64,000 nt of DNA from a virus (Duplodnaviria > Caudoviricetes), in IMG/VR virus record IMGVR_UViG_2841817361_000001, positions 11,215 to 75,214 of that record; one strand, given 5' to 3'. Both the position numbers and the translations under genes were made by a program. Below the pieces are notes generated by a model, which saw only the letters and a program-made list of their open reading frames with translations, was not told the origin of the DNA and ran no database searches. Positions 39,348 through 49,352 of this stretch are shown here, one piece after another (within the stretch, counting starts at the first letter, position 1; each line of letters opens with the position of its first letter).

Positions 39348-39803
39348 ATGAAACAACTAAAGATTGAAATTCCAGAAGGATTTAAAGTAGATGAATTTAA
39401 TCCAGAATCAGGTATTATTAAATTCAAACCTATACCACAGAACATTAAGGATAGAATTAAAACACTGGATGATGTTTATAACTATCATGACATAGATAAA
39501 GATGAATTTAATAGAAGTTTCAAATCATGTACAGAAGATGAAATTGCATACAAACACTTGAAATTAATAACATCAGCTCTAAATGAAGGCTGGGAGCCAG
39601 ATTGGGGGAATGGACAATGGGATAAGTGGTTCAACTGGTTCAATATGCCATCGAAAAATGGCCGGTTCTCGTTCGACGGCTCCTATGGTCGGAGCTCGTG
39701 TTCGGCTTGCGCTGCCCGCCTTTGCTTTAAATCAAAAGACCTTGCTGAGTATGCTGCAAAGCAATTTTTAGAGGTATATGAGAAATATATGGTTATTAAG
39801 TAA
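39348..39803 (+). CDS. DGR target protein 1 (remote)
   Basis: Contains VR1; shares the ALNEGWxPDW...ARLCFK domain with 51601 and 52098. Confidence 0.9.
   Translation: MKQLKIEIPEGFKVDEFNPESGIIKFKPIPQNIKDRIKTLDDVYNYHDIDKDEFNRSFKSCTEDEIAYKHLKLITSALNEGWEPDWGNGQWDKWFNWFNMPSKNGRFSFDGSYGRSSCSACAARLCFKSKDLAEYAAKQFLEVYEKYMVIK
39660..39724 (+). repeat. DGR variable repeat VR1
   Basis: Differs from TR 52511-52575 only at TR adenines (18 of 21 substituted). Confidence 0.95.
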
Positions 39804-39815
39804 AATCTTAGTTTT

Positions 39816-40040
39816 ATGAAGCATGTATTATACATAGTGATTTGTTTAGCAGGAATAATTTCATTAATAAATTTTTTGGAATCAAAATCTAATAAAGTAA
39901 AAAGTGCAAAACTTCAATGTGAATTAGGAATGAATCTATACAAACTAGAAATAACTAAATATAAAGGAAATTTTAAAAAGTCAGATTCAGCATATAATTC
40001 AGATATAGATAGAATACTAAATGATATTTATAAAAAATAA
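39816..40040 (+). CDS. Small membrane-anchored protein
   Basis: N-terminal hydrophobic helix. Confidence 0.5.
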   Translation: MKHVLYIVICLAGIISLINFLESKSNKVKSAKLQCELGMNLYKLEITKYKGNFKKSDSAYNSDIDRILNDIYKK

Positions 40041-40442
40041 ATGAATCCAATAGTAACATTTGACTTCGACAAGACTTTATCCAGAACAGATGTTCAACAA
40101 TACGCTAAACAACTTATTAAAAGAAATATAATAGTTTGGGTTGTTACAGCTAGATATGATGAACTCCATAAACATAGATGGATCATTAATCCATGCAATG
40201 AAGATCTACATAAAGTTATTGAAGAAGTTGGAATACCAAGACATCAAGTTAGGTTCCAATGTATGACACCAAAGTCAGATTACTTAAAACATACAAAAGT
40301 ACTTTGGCACTTAGATGATAATGAAGATGAACTATACAGTATTAAAATTAATAGTGATGTAAATCCGATTGATGTTAATTTTTCAACTTGGAAAGAAGAG
40401 TGCGAAGCTTTATTGGAAAAATATTTAAAACAAATCAAATAA
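40041..40442 (+). CDS. HAD-superfamily protein
   Basis: TFDFDKTL motif I, VVTAR motif II, K, HLDD motif IV. Confidence 0.75.
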   Translation: MNPIVTFDFDKTLSRTDVQQYAKQLIKRNIIVWVVTARYDELHKHRWIINPCNEDLHKVIEEVGIPRHQVRFQCMTPKSDYLKHTKVLWHLDDNEDELYSIKINSDVNPIDVNFSTWKEECEALLEKYLKQIK

Positions 40443-40699
40443 TTATGCAAAGACTGCTAACATTTATCTACGGAATATTTTGGCTTATCATAGGTTCTAT
40501 TTTATGTCCGTCAAAAAAAGAATTACTAGAGAATTTTAATGTATATGTAGTTATATATTTAATATTAACCTTGTATTCTTTTATTAAAGGCTTTAAAAAA
40601 ATGGATAAAGCAACTGAATGATATTACTACTAGTTGGGTTCACAGTTCTAATGATAACACTAGGATACTTAAAGCACAAATACAGAAAATACTAATTAA

Positions 40700-41146
40700 A
40701 TGTTTGATAAAAGTTCGCATTTTTATACAAACATATACCAATGAAATGGTGATGTTAATGTAAAAGAATACAAGGCTCCAACAGATGAAAGTATCAGAAT
40801 ACTTAATGAATTTGAGAAAAAATCTGAGGAGAATATTGTAAATAAAATTAATGTTAAAATATCAACTATTGATACAGTTCATATTGGATTCTCACATGAT
40901 CCATGTCTTTATGGAATAAACCATTTTGTCAAGTTTAATTTAAATGGAGAAGAACACAAACTTAAATATAATGTTGAATATGAAGAATATGATAACAATA
41001 AATGCTTTGGAATTCCATTTAATATAGCTGAACATCTAATTGAATATATGTCAAGAGCAATTGCAAAAGAAGTATTACTTAAAGGATATCCTAATGAAGT
41101 AATAAAGTCATATGAAAAACATTTAAACAGACAAGGAAATTATTAA
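40700..41146 (+). pseudogene. Phage gene interrupted by an in-frame TGA at codon 15
   Basis: MFDKSSHFYTNIYQ*NGDVNVKEYKAPTDESIRILNEF... open to TAA at 41144; missed by the ORF track. Confidence 0.7.
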
Positions 41147-41148
41147 CC

Positions 41149-41544
41149 ATGAGAATAATTGTAGCAGGATCAAGAGAATTTAACGACTACGAATTTCTTA
41201 AAAGTAAGTTAGATGAAATTGTAGCAGATGAAAATAATGTAGAGATAGTTTGTGGAATGTCAAAAGGTGCAGATTTATTAGGTAAACAATATGGAGAAGA
41301 AAGAAACTTTTGCGTTCACGAATATCCTGCTGAATGGAATAACATAGAAGACAAACATCCAGGAGAAATTAAATCTAATAAAAATGGTAGATACTGGATA
41401 AGGGCTGGAATAGTTAGAAATGAAACTATGGCACAGAATGCAGATATGTTAGTAGCATTTAGAGTTAACAAATCTTCTGGAACTTCCAACTTGATTGAAT
41501 TAGCTAAAAAGTATAAACTGAAAACAATTGTAATAGATATTTAA
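41149..41544 (+). CDS. SLOG-family (YspA/DUF2493-like) protein
   Basis: RIIVAGSREF, IVCGMSKGAD, AGIVRNETMA, SSGT motifs. Confidence 0.8.
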   Translation: MRIIVAGSREFNDYEFLKSKLDEIVADENNVEIVCGMSKGADLLGKQYGEERNFCVHEYPAEWNNIEDKHPGEIKSNKNGRYWIRAGIVRNETMAQNADMLVAFRVNKSSGTSNLIELAKKYKLKTIVIDI

Positions 41545-41547
41545 TAA

Positions 41548-41991
41548 ATGAAAATATTAGCCTTAGACATTGCTACTACAACAGGATATTCATCATCATC
41601 AGGAGAATCAGGAACTTTTAATTGCTCTTTCAAAAAAGGAGAATCAGGATCTATAAGATTACTCCGATTCAGAAATAAAGTTACTGAACTATTAGACTTA
41701 ATAAAACCAGACATTGTTGCCTATGAAAGATCAGCCGGAAGAAATACCCACTCAATTAAAACACAATCTGAAATGATTGGAGTATTAACTTTAATGCTGG
41801 AAGATAGAAATATTCATTATGCTTCTTACTCCCCTTCTGAGGTTAAGAAATTTTTTACAGGTAAAGGAAATGCCTCCAAAGAATATATGATTAAAACGGC
41901 TAAAAAAAAGTATCCTGAAATTGAGATAATAGATGACAATCATTCAGATGCATTGGCAATTTTAGAACTAGCTCAGTCTGATTTGTTGTAG
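41548..41991 (+). CDS. RuvC-like Holliday junction resolvase
   Basis: ILALDIAT, VAYE, VKKFFTGKGNASK, DNHSDALAI. Confidence 0.85.
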   Translation: MKILALDIATTTGYSSSSGESGTFNCSFKKGESGSIRLLRFRNKVTELLDLIKPDIVAYERSAGRNTHSIKTQSEMIGVLTLMLEDRNIHYASYSPSEVKKFFTGKGNASKEYMIKTAKKKYPEIEIIDDNHSDALAILELAQSDLL

Positions 41992-42047
41992 CGAACCATC
42001 AGTTGCGTTCACCAACCATATCTTAGTAACACACAAAAGCCCATGAT

Positions 42048-42401
42048 ATGGTAATTGAAAAAGGCATTATTATCCCAGCCTTCCTATTAGAAGAAGAGTT
42101 TGAACTAGATAATATCAATGAAGAAGAAGATGAATTTGAAGATGATATTGAAAAGCTAGTTAAAAACTCACTAAATGAAAAACCGGAAGAAAAAATTCCA
42201 TTCTTTCAATCAGAATTAATAAACATTCTTTTCTACGATATTTCAAATATAACTCCAGCTTCAGATAAATACTATGGTGATAATTGCAGCATTATTTTAT
42301 CTGGTGGAAAAGAATACTTCACAAACTTACCAATAGAAAGTATTCAAAATAAAATATATAACCTAAAACGAGAAGAAAACCTTTTATATATATCTAATTG
42401 A
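42048..42401 (+). CDS. Acidic hypothetical protein
   Basis: ATG ORF with a D/E-rich tract. Confidence 0.55.
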   Translation: MVIEKGIIIPAFLLEEEFELDNINEEEDEFEDDIEKLVKNSLNEKPEEKIPFFQSELINILFYDISNITPASDKYYGDNCSIILSGGKEYFTNLPIESIQNKIYNLKREENLLYISN

Positions 42402-42402
42402 A

Positions 42403-42706
42403 ATGAATAAATTCCTATTACTGCTTATACCTATTCTACTAATAAGTTGCAATGAACAACCTTTTACAGGCTATTGTGTTGGTAAGAAAAAAAACTGAAG
42501 GTCATCTAAGTGATCAAGAGGGAAGAATTATAAAATATGCTGTAATTGTCCCTCATGTACCAATGATTAGAAAGTCAAAACCAACTTGGGTTAAAACATC
42601 TTATCAAGTAGCAATTGCAAACTATGATACACATAAAATAAAGAATGTAGATTCAATTACCTTCTTTAGAATGAAACTTGGTGAAAAGTATACTTTTAAA
42701 AACTAA
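42403..42706 (+). pseudogene. Lipoprotein gene frameshifted at an A8 run
   Basis: MNKFLLLLIPILLISC... stops at 42496; removing one A from 42487-42494 joins it to the frame ending at 42706. Confidence 0.65.
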
Positions 42707-42709
42707 ACT

Positions 42710-42919
42710 ATGACAGATAAAAAAGCAAAGGAAATTGGGTTCACTCATAAAGGCAGAATGTATGGTGTACCAATTTATTTTTTCAATAATGGAGATTATC
42801 ACATACATTCTAAAAACTTTTTATGGAGTATTTATTTAGATATGCTAATATTCTTAGACATAAAAGTATTCAAAATAAATGACTCATTTGAGATTGATTA
42901 TGTACATAAATTAGATTAA
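42710..42919 (+). CDS. Hypothetical protein
   Basis: ATG ORF, GFTHKGRMYGVPIY motif. Confidence 0.6.
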   Translation: MTDKKAKEIGFTHKGRMYGVPIYFFNNGDYHIHSKNFLWSIYLDMLIFLDIKVFKINDSFEIDYVHKLD

Positions 42920-42943
42920 TAATTCCCGTTTACAAAATAAGAT

Positions 42944-43414
42944 ATGTCAGACAGATTTAAATACATACAAGATTATGCAGCTAATAATCCAAGACTATGT
43001 TATAGTGCATTAGAATTTTTACTAGGAGACTATATTGGACAAGGCTGTTCAAGAACCGTTTTCAAGTATGCTTTAGATCCTAAATATGTTGTTAAAATAG
43101 CAAAATCCGGAAGTTTTGATAATATACTTGAATATGAAATCTGGTGTAACATTAGATATACTGATCATAAAAAATATTTTGCCCCATGCTCATGGATTAG
43201 TGATGATGGAGTTATAATGCTTCAAAGAAAAACAAAACCTATCTATACACTTCCTGAAACTCTACCTTCATATTTCAGTGATATAAAACCAGATAACTTT
43301 GGAATGATTGGTAAACAAATAGTTGCACATGATTACGCTTTCAGTTTAGACCGATTTATAGCACTAACTAATTTAAATAAAACCAGAAAAGTAAAATCAA
43401 TATATTCAAAATGA
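42944..43414 (+). CDS. Minimal protein-kinase-like fold protein
   Basis: IGQGCSRTVF Gly loop, VVKIA lysine, E helix, DIKPDNFG catalytic loop, HDY. Confidence 0.7.
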   Translation: MSDRFKYIQDYAANNPRLCYSALEFLLGDYIGQGCSRTVFKYALDPKYVVKIAKSGSFDNILEYEIWCNIRYTDHKKYFAPCSWISDDGVIMLQRKTKPIYTLPETLPSYFSDIKPDNFGMIGKQIVAHDYAFSLDRFIALTNLNKTRKVKSIYSK

Positions 43415-43620
43415 AACACCTCCTATCAATACCAAAAGAATTCAAACAAATGCATATCGATAAATTCAAACAATACTTGGATGAAGGTTATGAAATTATC
43501 GAAGAAACACAAGTAAATGATTTCAAGTGCTACGTGTTTGAAAAGAAATTTGAATCTGTTGTTGACCAACTAAAAAATGAAATGATGTCAAAACGAATTT
43601 TATCAAGATTCGTTTACTAA
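43411..43620 (+). CDS. Hypothetical protein
   Basis: ATGA overlap with the kinase-like gene. Confidence 0.55.
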   Translation: MKHLLSIPKEFKQMHIDKFKQYLDEGYEIIEETQVNDFKCYVFEKKFESVVDQLKNEMMSKRILSRFVY

Positions 43621-43811
43621 TCAAAATTTACAGAAGTATAAGGTTACACCAGCAAATGAAAAAGATTTAAAAGTTAGCCCTTTTATATTTGATGAGATTG
43701 GTCAATATCCATATAACCAAACACAACTTACTCCAAGAACTTATACAGATTCAGAATTAGCACTTAGTGTATCAGTTGAAATGTTCCAGTTAATAAAAGA
43801 TAGAATAGCAA

Positions 43812-44186
43812 ATGGAAAATAACTTAGAAAACAAATCAATGTTTTTCGCTCAATACTATGGGCAAAATGTAAAAAGAAGTTATTTACCTGAGCAAACTTC
43901 ATTACAGGTAATTGACAGAGAAGTTTTTTGGATAGGACATTTAATAATAAATGGATACTTTAGAACTAAATATGAAGAAGCTTTAAAAAATCTAACAAAC
44001 TTTGATGAAGATTACTTCAACGATGAAAACAGAATAAAACTTTATGTATTACTTTCATCATTACAGAACAAAGAAATAATGTCACATCTCCAAGACATCT
44101 ATACCATAAGCCAACAAATACCACCTTCAGAATATCAAGTTATTGAAATGATAAATGAACTACTAGATCAAGGTGTTGAATTTTAG
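43812..44186 (+). CDS. Hypothetical protein
   Basis: ATG ORF, last gene before a long non-coding stretch. Confidence 0.55.
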   Translation: MENNLENKSMFFAQYYGQNVKRSYLPEQTSLQVIDREVFWIGHLIINGYFRTKYEEALKNLTNFDEDYFNDENRIKLYVLLSSLQNKEIMSHLQDIYTISQQIPPSEYQVIEMINELLDQGVEF

Positions 44187-45478
44187 GCTTAAATAAGATG
44201 ATTAAATCAATTTAAAAGTGAAATCCATATAAATTGTCACAATAATTATTTTGATTGATTTATAACGCCTTAAAATTATTAGAAGATGAAAGTAACAATC
44301 ATTAGTCTTTTTATATTGAAAATTAACGAATGATAGAGTTGAATGTCCAGTATATTTTGAGAGGGGGAGAAAAAAAATTGAGATAAAACATGAAAAAAAA
44401 CAACCCGGCACCTTGTAAATAGGCAAATGATTTTCTGATTTCAAACTCGATTTTATACAGATCATAATACTATTGGATAAGTAATTCAATTAAACATATT
44501 GCCATACAAAAGGATGTCTAAATCATTCTTAACAAAAGGTTGGAATATGTAGGTAGTAATGGGTATATAAAAATATTTTTCTGGTAAAAATTAGTTGCGT
44601 CTTCTTTATGGAGACGGTACACTAAATATAATCGCTAAGGGTATATAAATTATTTAATTAATAATACAGCCTCGGGAAAACAAAGACATAGTTAAATATA
44701 ATTATAGGTTTACATAAATAATTAATACCATATACCGTATAATATTGAATATTCAATATTTAATATTTCAGGAATCAATAATGCGTTTACTTTAATTTGA
44801 AATAGTATTATATATTATTCAATAAACACGCCTATAAAATATCAATAATAACATGGTTACATTACATTTCTTGATAACTGCATGTATTTTATCGAACACT
44901 CTATTGCATTATTCGCAAAAGCTAACGGAAAAGTATTAGTTCAAAAACTATAATAAATACTATATTTTTAGAATATTTACTAGATTAAATAGAATGTAAG
45001 GTTAAATAAGTGTTATATATATAATATAGTGAATAAACGGCTTAAATTCAGGTTTAAATGATTAATGTAATATAGTAAGATTGAAAATAAATATTATTGC
45101 TTGTATAGTGGTTAAATAAGCTTATAGTGTTAATTAGTATGTGTTATGATGATTAAGTACTCTAATAATATTATTTATTGACGTTATTTGTTATTGTGTT
45201 TTAATTATTATACTGGTTTATGCCCTTCGGGCTTTCTTAACTCTTTCTACTTATATATTACTCTTATTCTCTTAGTGTGGTTTCCCTCTGTTAGTAAACG
45301 CAAAAGATTCTAATTTACTATTAATAAAAAATCCCTAACATTTAAGCTGGGGATTTCTTTTGGTATTTACTTACAACTTATTATATTTACTTTAGGTTAT
45401 CCTAATTGTGTCAACGGTGAAATGAAGAAGCACCGAAAATGACACGGTGATGGTTGTCATTATTAAACTTGTAACATC

Positions 45479-45580
45479 ATGGCGGCAAAACCTAAAAACA
45501 AGTTCGTTAAAGTAAATAAACCAACCAAGGATGGTAGAACTTACTTTTTCAGAAGTAAACCTAAAAGCTGTAATAAGTAA
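45479..45580 (+). CDS. 33-aa basic peptide
   Basis: MAAKPKNKFVKVNKPTKDGRTYFFRSKPKSCNK followed by hairpin CAACCAGGAG..TTCTGGTTG and a T run. Confidence 0.45.
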   Translation: MAAKPKNKFVKVNKPTKDGRTYFFRSKPKSCNK

Positions 45581-45752
45581 TTAGGCTGCAACCAGGAGTT
45601 AATTCTTCTGGTTGTTTTTGTTATATACAAATATAGTGTATTTAGTATTATAGTTTTGTCTGCTGGTGTTGGCTTTTATTTGTAAACGCAAATTCTTCTA
45701 TTTGGCACATCATTTGAAAAATAATTATATATTTACTACTTAAATCAAAATC

Positions 45753-46163
45753 ATGAAATATTATAAACATTTACTCATTCTTTCATTTGTATTTTTTGCG
45801 TTTACTACCTTATTTTCTTGCAGTAGTAATAGAGATGATAATAATAATGTAAACAATAGATCTGTTGACATAGTTACATACACTGAGTTACCAGATAAAC
45901 CCTATTTACTTTTAGGTAAAGATTTTTCTATTGAAACAAAAGGAAAATGGGAGAAAAAAGGCATTCTTTTAGGCAATAATGTAGACCCATTTAACTTACA
46001 GGTCCGTTATCCTAATGGTAATTTAAATGCTGATTATGTTATTATATTAGAGATGTACGAAAATGGTAAACAGATTTATAGAATTGGCGGAAAAGGAAAA
46101 ATAGATCTAGAATTAAAAGAAGGTAATATTAGTCTTAAGTCTAATTATATTTTACCAAAATAG
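45753..46163 (+). CDS. Lipoprotein (moron)
   Basis: Signal peptide with lipobox LFSC followed by SSNRDDNNN. Confidence 0.75.
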   Translation: MKYYKHLLILSFVFFAFTTLFSCSSNRDDNNNVNNRSVDIVTYTELPDKPYLLLGKDFSIETKGKWEKKGILLGNNVDPFNLQVRYPNGNLNADYVIILEMYENGKQIYRIGGKGKIDLELKEGNISLKSNYILPK

Positions 46164-46180
46164 ATTAACACTATTAAACC

Positions 46181-46519
46181 CTATTCTTTTTCTTCCTTGA
46201 TATCATCTATCTGATTTTTAATGTTCTCATTTTCATATTCTAAATCATCTATTCTATCAGAATTGTCATCATATTTATAATTAGGTATGTTAGGTTGAGT
46301 ATTATTATCCTCTAAATCTAAAATTTTATTTTCCAACTCTTCAACACGATCATTTAGATCATCCACTTGATCATTTAGTTGAATAGTATTTTTTATTAGC
46401 TTCTTAATAATATCTTCATCTCTAATATGTTTCTTTGGAAATATTAATTTTGTTGATCCATAATAAGCAAATGAAATATAAGCTATAAAAACTAATGATA
46501 TAAAAATACTCTTTTTCAT
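46181..46519 (-). CDS. TM-anchored coiled-coil protein
   Basis: Hydrophobic N-terminus and heptad repeats. Confidence 0.6.
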   Translation of the reverse strand: MKKSIFISLVFIAYISFAYYGSTKLIFPKKHIRDEDIIKKLIKNTIQLNDQVDDLNDRVEELENKILDLEDNNTQPNIPNYKYDDNSDRIDDLEYENENIKNQIDDIKEEKE

Positions 46520-46722
46520 CTTCTTGGAGCTCTTCTAGTATAAGGTTGAACATAAGTTCCATTTTTTCTATAATACCCTTTAACATGAACTGTTCCAGAA
46601 CTATATCCACTAGAATACCCAGAACTAGGATAACTTGAATTATAATATACATCATTATTATAGCTGCCACATGAAGCAAAAACAATAAATACGATAAAAA
46701 GTAAAAGTTTTTTCATAAACAT
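46516..46722 (-). CDS. Small lipoprotein with HVKGYYRKNGTYVQPY motif
   Basis: Lipobox FASC, S/Y-rich linker, basic beta-hairpin motif. Confidence 0.7.
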   Translation of the reverse strand: MFMKKLLLFIVFIVFASCGSYNNDVYYNSSYPSSGYSSGYSSGTVHVKGYYRKNGTYVQPYTRRAPRR

Positions 46723-47276
46723 TATTTTACATAATCTTTAGCAAGATAATTTAAAAATTCCCTAAACTCTTTAAATGTGCTTTGTTTTTTAAACATTTCT
46801 GTTATCCTTTTTTCAGAATACAAAGTATTATTTACTAAAAAATTCATTAAATCGTCAAAAGCTACAAACTTGTAATTTTCTTTTGTAATATATATTTTGT
46901 TTTCCTCTATATCATCTAATAATAATTTATAATAACGTGAAAGATTTTCTTCATATTCATTCATAGTATTTTCAATTTTTCCACACCATATTATACGTTT
47001 ACTTTCTTCTTCAATCCTTGGAATCATTTCTATATTACTCTCAATAGCTTTAAGTTCAATTTTATTATTATCATTTATGAAATTCTTCCTATAGATCCAC
47101 TTATTAGATAAATTAATAGTATTAATAGAATTGACTTTTGCTTCAATTTTTCTAGTTTCCTGCTTAAGGATATTTAATCTTGAATATAAAGTTTCCATTT
47201 TTTTTGTCCCCTCCAATGTTTGACTATATAATATTGAATTAAACAATAAAAAAACTACCTTAATAAGCTTGATCAT
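46722..47276 (-). CDS. Exported hypothetical protein
   Basis: Signal peptide ending LYS-Q. Confidence 0.55.
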   Translation of the reverse strand: MIKLIKVVFLLFNSILYSQTLEGTKKMETLYSRLNILKQETRKIEAKVNSINTINLSNKWIYRKNFINDNNKIELKAIESNIEMIPRIEEESKRIIWCGKIENTMNEYEENLSRYYKLLLDDIEENKIYITKENYKFVAFDDLMNFLVNNTLYSEKRITEMFKKQSTFKEFREFLNYLAKDYVK

Positions 47277-47375
47277 AAAATTTATTTTAGCTAAAATTAA
47301 CTTTTAACTCCTTATGTAATTTAAAATTTAACATACTTTAACATTAATATATGTTGTACAAATAAAAAACATACG

Positions 47376-47575
47376 TAAATTTGTCATGTTCACATCATCG
47401 CTATAGGTATTTATGCTTATAGCACCAAAATTTAAAGTATAAAAATATTAAGCCTCGGAGGTGTCGTATAGTCGTAAGGCTATACACTTCAATGCGTAAG
47501 CGATGATGTGAACAGCACCCACCCGGGGCGTTTTATGTTTAAATAATTTTAAATTTAAATATTATGTTCACATCA
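47376..47575 (+). promoter_or_regulatory. Promoter plus structured C4/CI-like antisense leader
   Basis: TAAATTTG box; 47499-47514 is complementary to 47387-47402 (16/16) and to the start-codon region 47565-47575 (11/11); GNRA hairpins. Confidence 0.65.
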
Positions 47576-48220
47576 AATTCAAGCACAGACAGTGCGCAAT
47601 TAAAAGACAATGCAACGAATAACAGTAGTTCATTGCAATTCACAAAAGATCAGTATGATGTTTTTTCTAAGATTCTTTATGATACTATATCATTGAAAAG
47701 GATTAGTAAACTGATTGCTATTGACCCTATAAACGGGATCGATACTATTTCACTGCTTTTAAATGTTAAAATAGGATCTAAATTACATCAAAAATTTAAT
47801 GACGCTTTAACTAATCATTACTTTCAGGTAACAGATTATGCCGTTGCAACTATTATTTGCGAGATAGAAAGTTTATTTATAAACGCAAAATCTCCAAAAA
47901 TACCACCTACTAAATTTACAAATCCAGTAAAAAGAAAAATTCCCATAATAACTAGGAAGAAAATTAAACCTAAAAAGGAAGCAGTTAAACCCGTAATAGA
48001 AATAAATCACGAATTAATTACAGCTTCCGGTATTGCCGAACTATTAAATATATCTAAAGCTTCAGTTTACAAATATTATAGAGATAAATTAAAAGTAATT
48101 GCTGTAAGTAATGATAGCAGAACTTTATTTTTCAGTAAAAAAGATGTTTTAAAGCTTCATAAGGAAAGAAAAACTAAAAAGCCTATAAATATCAGCTTAA
48201 ATAAAAATTACTACTTCTAA
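47564..48220 (+). CDS. Protein with a C-terminal excisionase/MerR-like HTH (antirepressor or Xis-like regulator)
   Basis: LITASGIAELLNISKASVYKY...LFFSKKDV. Confidence 0.65.
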   Translation: MFTSNSSTDSAQLKDNATNNSSSLQFTKDQYDVFSKILYDTISLKRISKLIAIDPINGIDTISLLLNVKIGSKLHQKFNDALTNHYFQVTDYAVATIICEIESLFINAKSPKIPPTKFTNPVKRKIPIITRKKIKPKKEAVKPVIEINHELITASGIAELLNISKASVYKYYRDKLKVIAVSNDSRTLFFSKKDVLKLHKERKTKKPINISLNKNYYF

Positions 48221-48545
48221 CCTATTATTTAAATAAGCTTATTACATAACAACTACTAAGAGTTTTCCAAAACGGAGGCTCTTTTTTTTTGCTTTACAAG
48301 TAAATAAAATTACTTTTTACAACAATAAACAAACGTTAAAAGTTAAATTTTGATTATTGATTTTCAATTACTTACATAATTCATATACTTTTTATGTAAT
48401 TTATATTTGCATTTAATGTAATTAATTGTATACATTTGTAACAGATAAGAGAAGACGAAACAAACATTACTTTAAAATTTAAGATTTGAACCAACCTGAG
48501 CAAGTTGTTAAAAGGCTTTCTTTAAGATAACTAAACAATTATAAA

Positions 48546-48782
48546 ATGAAAACAACTACCCTAACAGAAGAACAAAAAGCAGATATAGTAACAATTACTT
48601 TTTTATCTATTGGAGTAATACTATTAATATCCTTCTTTGCTTTTATCATTCCTAATATAACATTAGATCAACAGGTTGAAGATTATAAACGCAATATGCA
48701 GCAAAAGGAAATTAAAGAAGCTCATGACTTTCATGAAAAAATGATGCTTGAAGAAAATAAAAAATACATTTCAAATCATTGA
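48546..48782 (+). CDS. Single-TM protein, first gene of an early operon
   Basis: TM helix; TACATTTG box near 48431. Confidence 0.6.
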   Translation: MKTTTLTEEQKADIVTITFLSIGVILLISFFAFIIPNITLDQQVEDYKRNMQQKEIKEAHDFHEKMMLEENKKYISNH

Positions 48783-48881
48783 TTTATTAACTCGACTAAG
48801 CGAGTATAAAAAGGTTTCAAGCTTAGAGCGTTGATAGGGATAAAAACCTATCAGGTAACAACAACTAAAAAATATTACAAA

Positions 48882-49340
48882 ATGAAAACTAACAAATACA
48901 CATACTTAAAAGTAATTCAACAGAATTTAAGTGGTAAATGGAAGGATATAGAAGAAGTGGAAGCGAATAGTATATATATTCCTAAATGCGGAGAAAGTAT
49001 TTTTAAAACGCTTCTTTCTGGTTATAAATTATTGGGAGTAAGCACTAAAACAATTAACAGAAGGGTTATAAACGAAAAAACTTCATTAAGACAAAATTTT
49101 AAAGACTGTGATGATTTTGCAAACTATGTTTTAGATAGTGTTTTAGATTATGGTGAAATCATTAGTAATGAATTTAATCAATTAACTGGATTAAATATAA
49201 AAGTTGGTTCAGACATTAATACAATTGAATCATTGCCTTGTCTGGGGATAAATTACATTGAATTAGGTTCTGTAAAATCTATGCTTTATGATCTGTATTA
49301 CTTCTTAATCAAAGAAAATAAAATAAACACACTTAACTAA
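48882..49340 (+). CDS. Hypothetical protein
   Basis: ATG 48882 (MKTNKYTYLKVIQQ) preferred over TTG 48831. Confidence 0.55.
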   Translation: MKTNKYTYLKVIQQNLSGKWKDIEEVEANSIYIPKCGESIFKTLLSGYKLLGVSTKTINRRVINEKTSLRQNFKDCDDFANYVLDSVLDYGEIISNEFNQLTGLNIKVGSDINTIESLPCLGINYIELGSVKSMLYDLYYFLIKENKINTLN

Positions 49341-49352
49341 AAATCACAAATA

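Noticed and set aside
39583-39771. ORFs MKAGSQIGG... here and at 51866..52054
   Set aside because: Alternative-frame shadows of the duplicated target sequence; the AAC/AAT codon phase matches the main frame
48490-48820. Two small hairpin-plus-AAAAGG motifs (48492, 48790) as a ribozyme or riboswitch
   Set aside because: Short stems and no complete catalytic or aptamer consensus; cannot be supported without a covariance search
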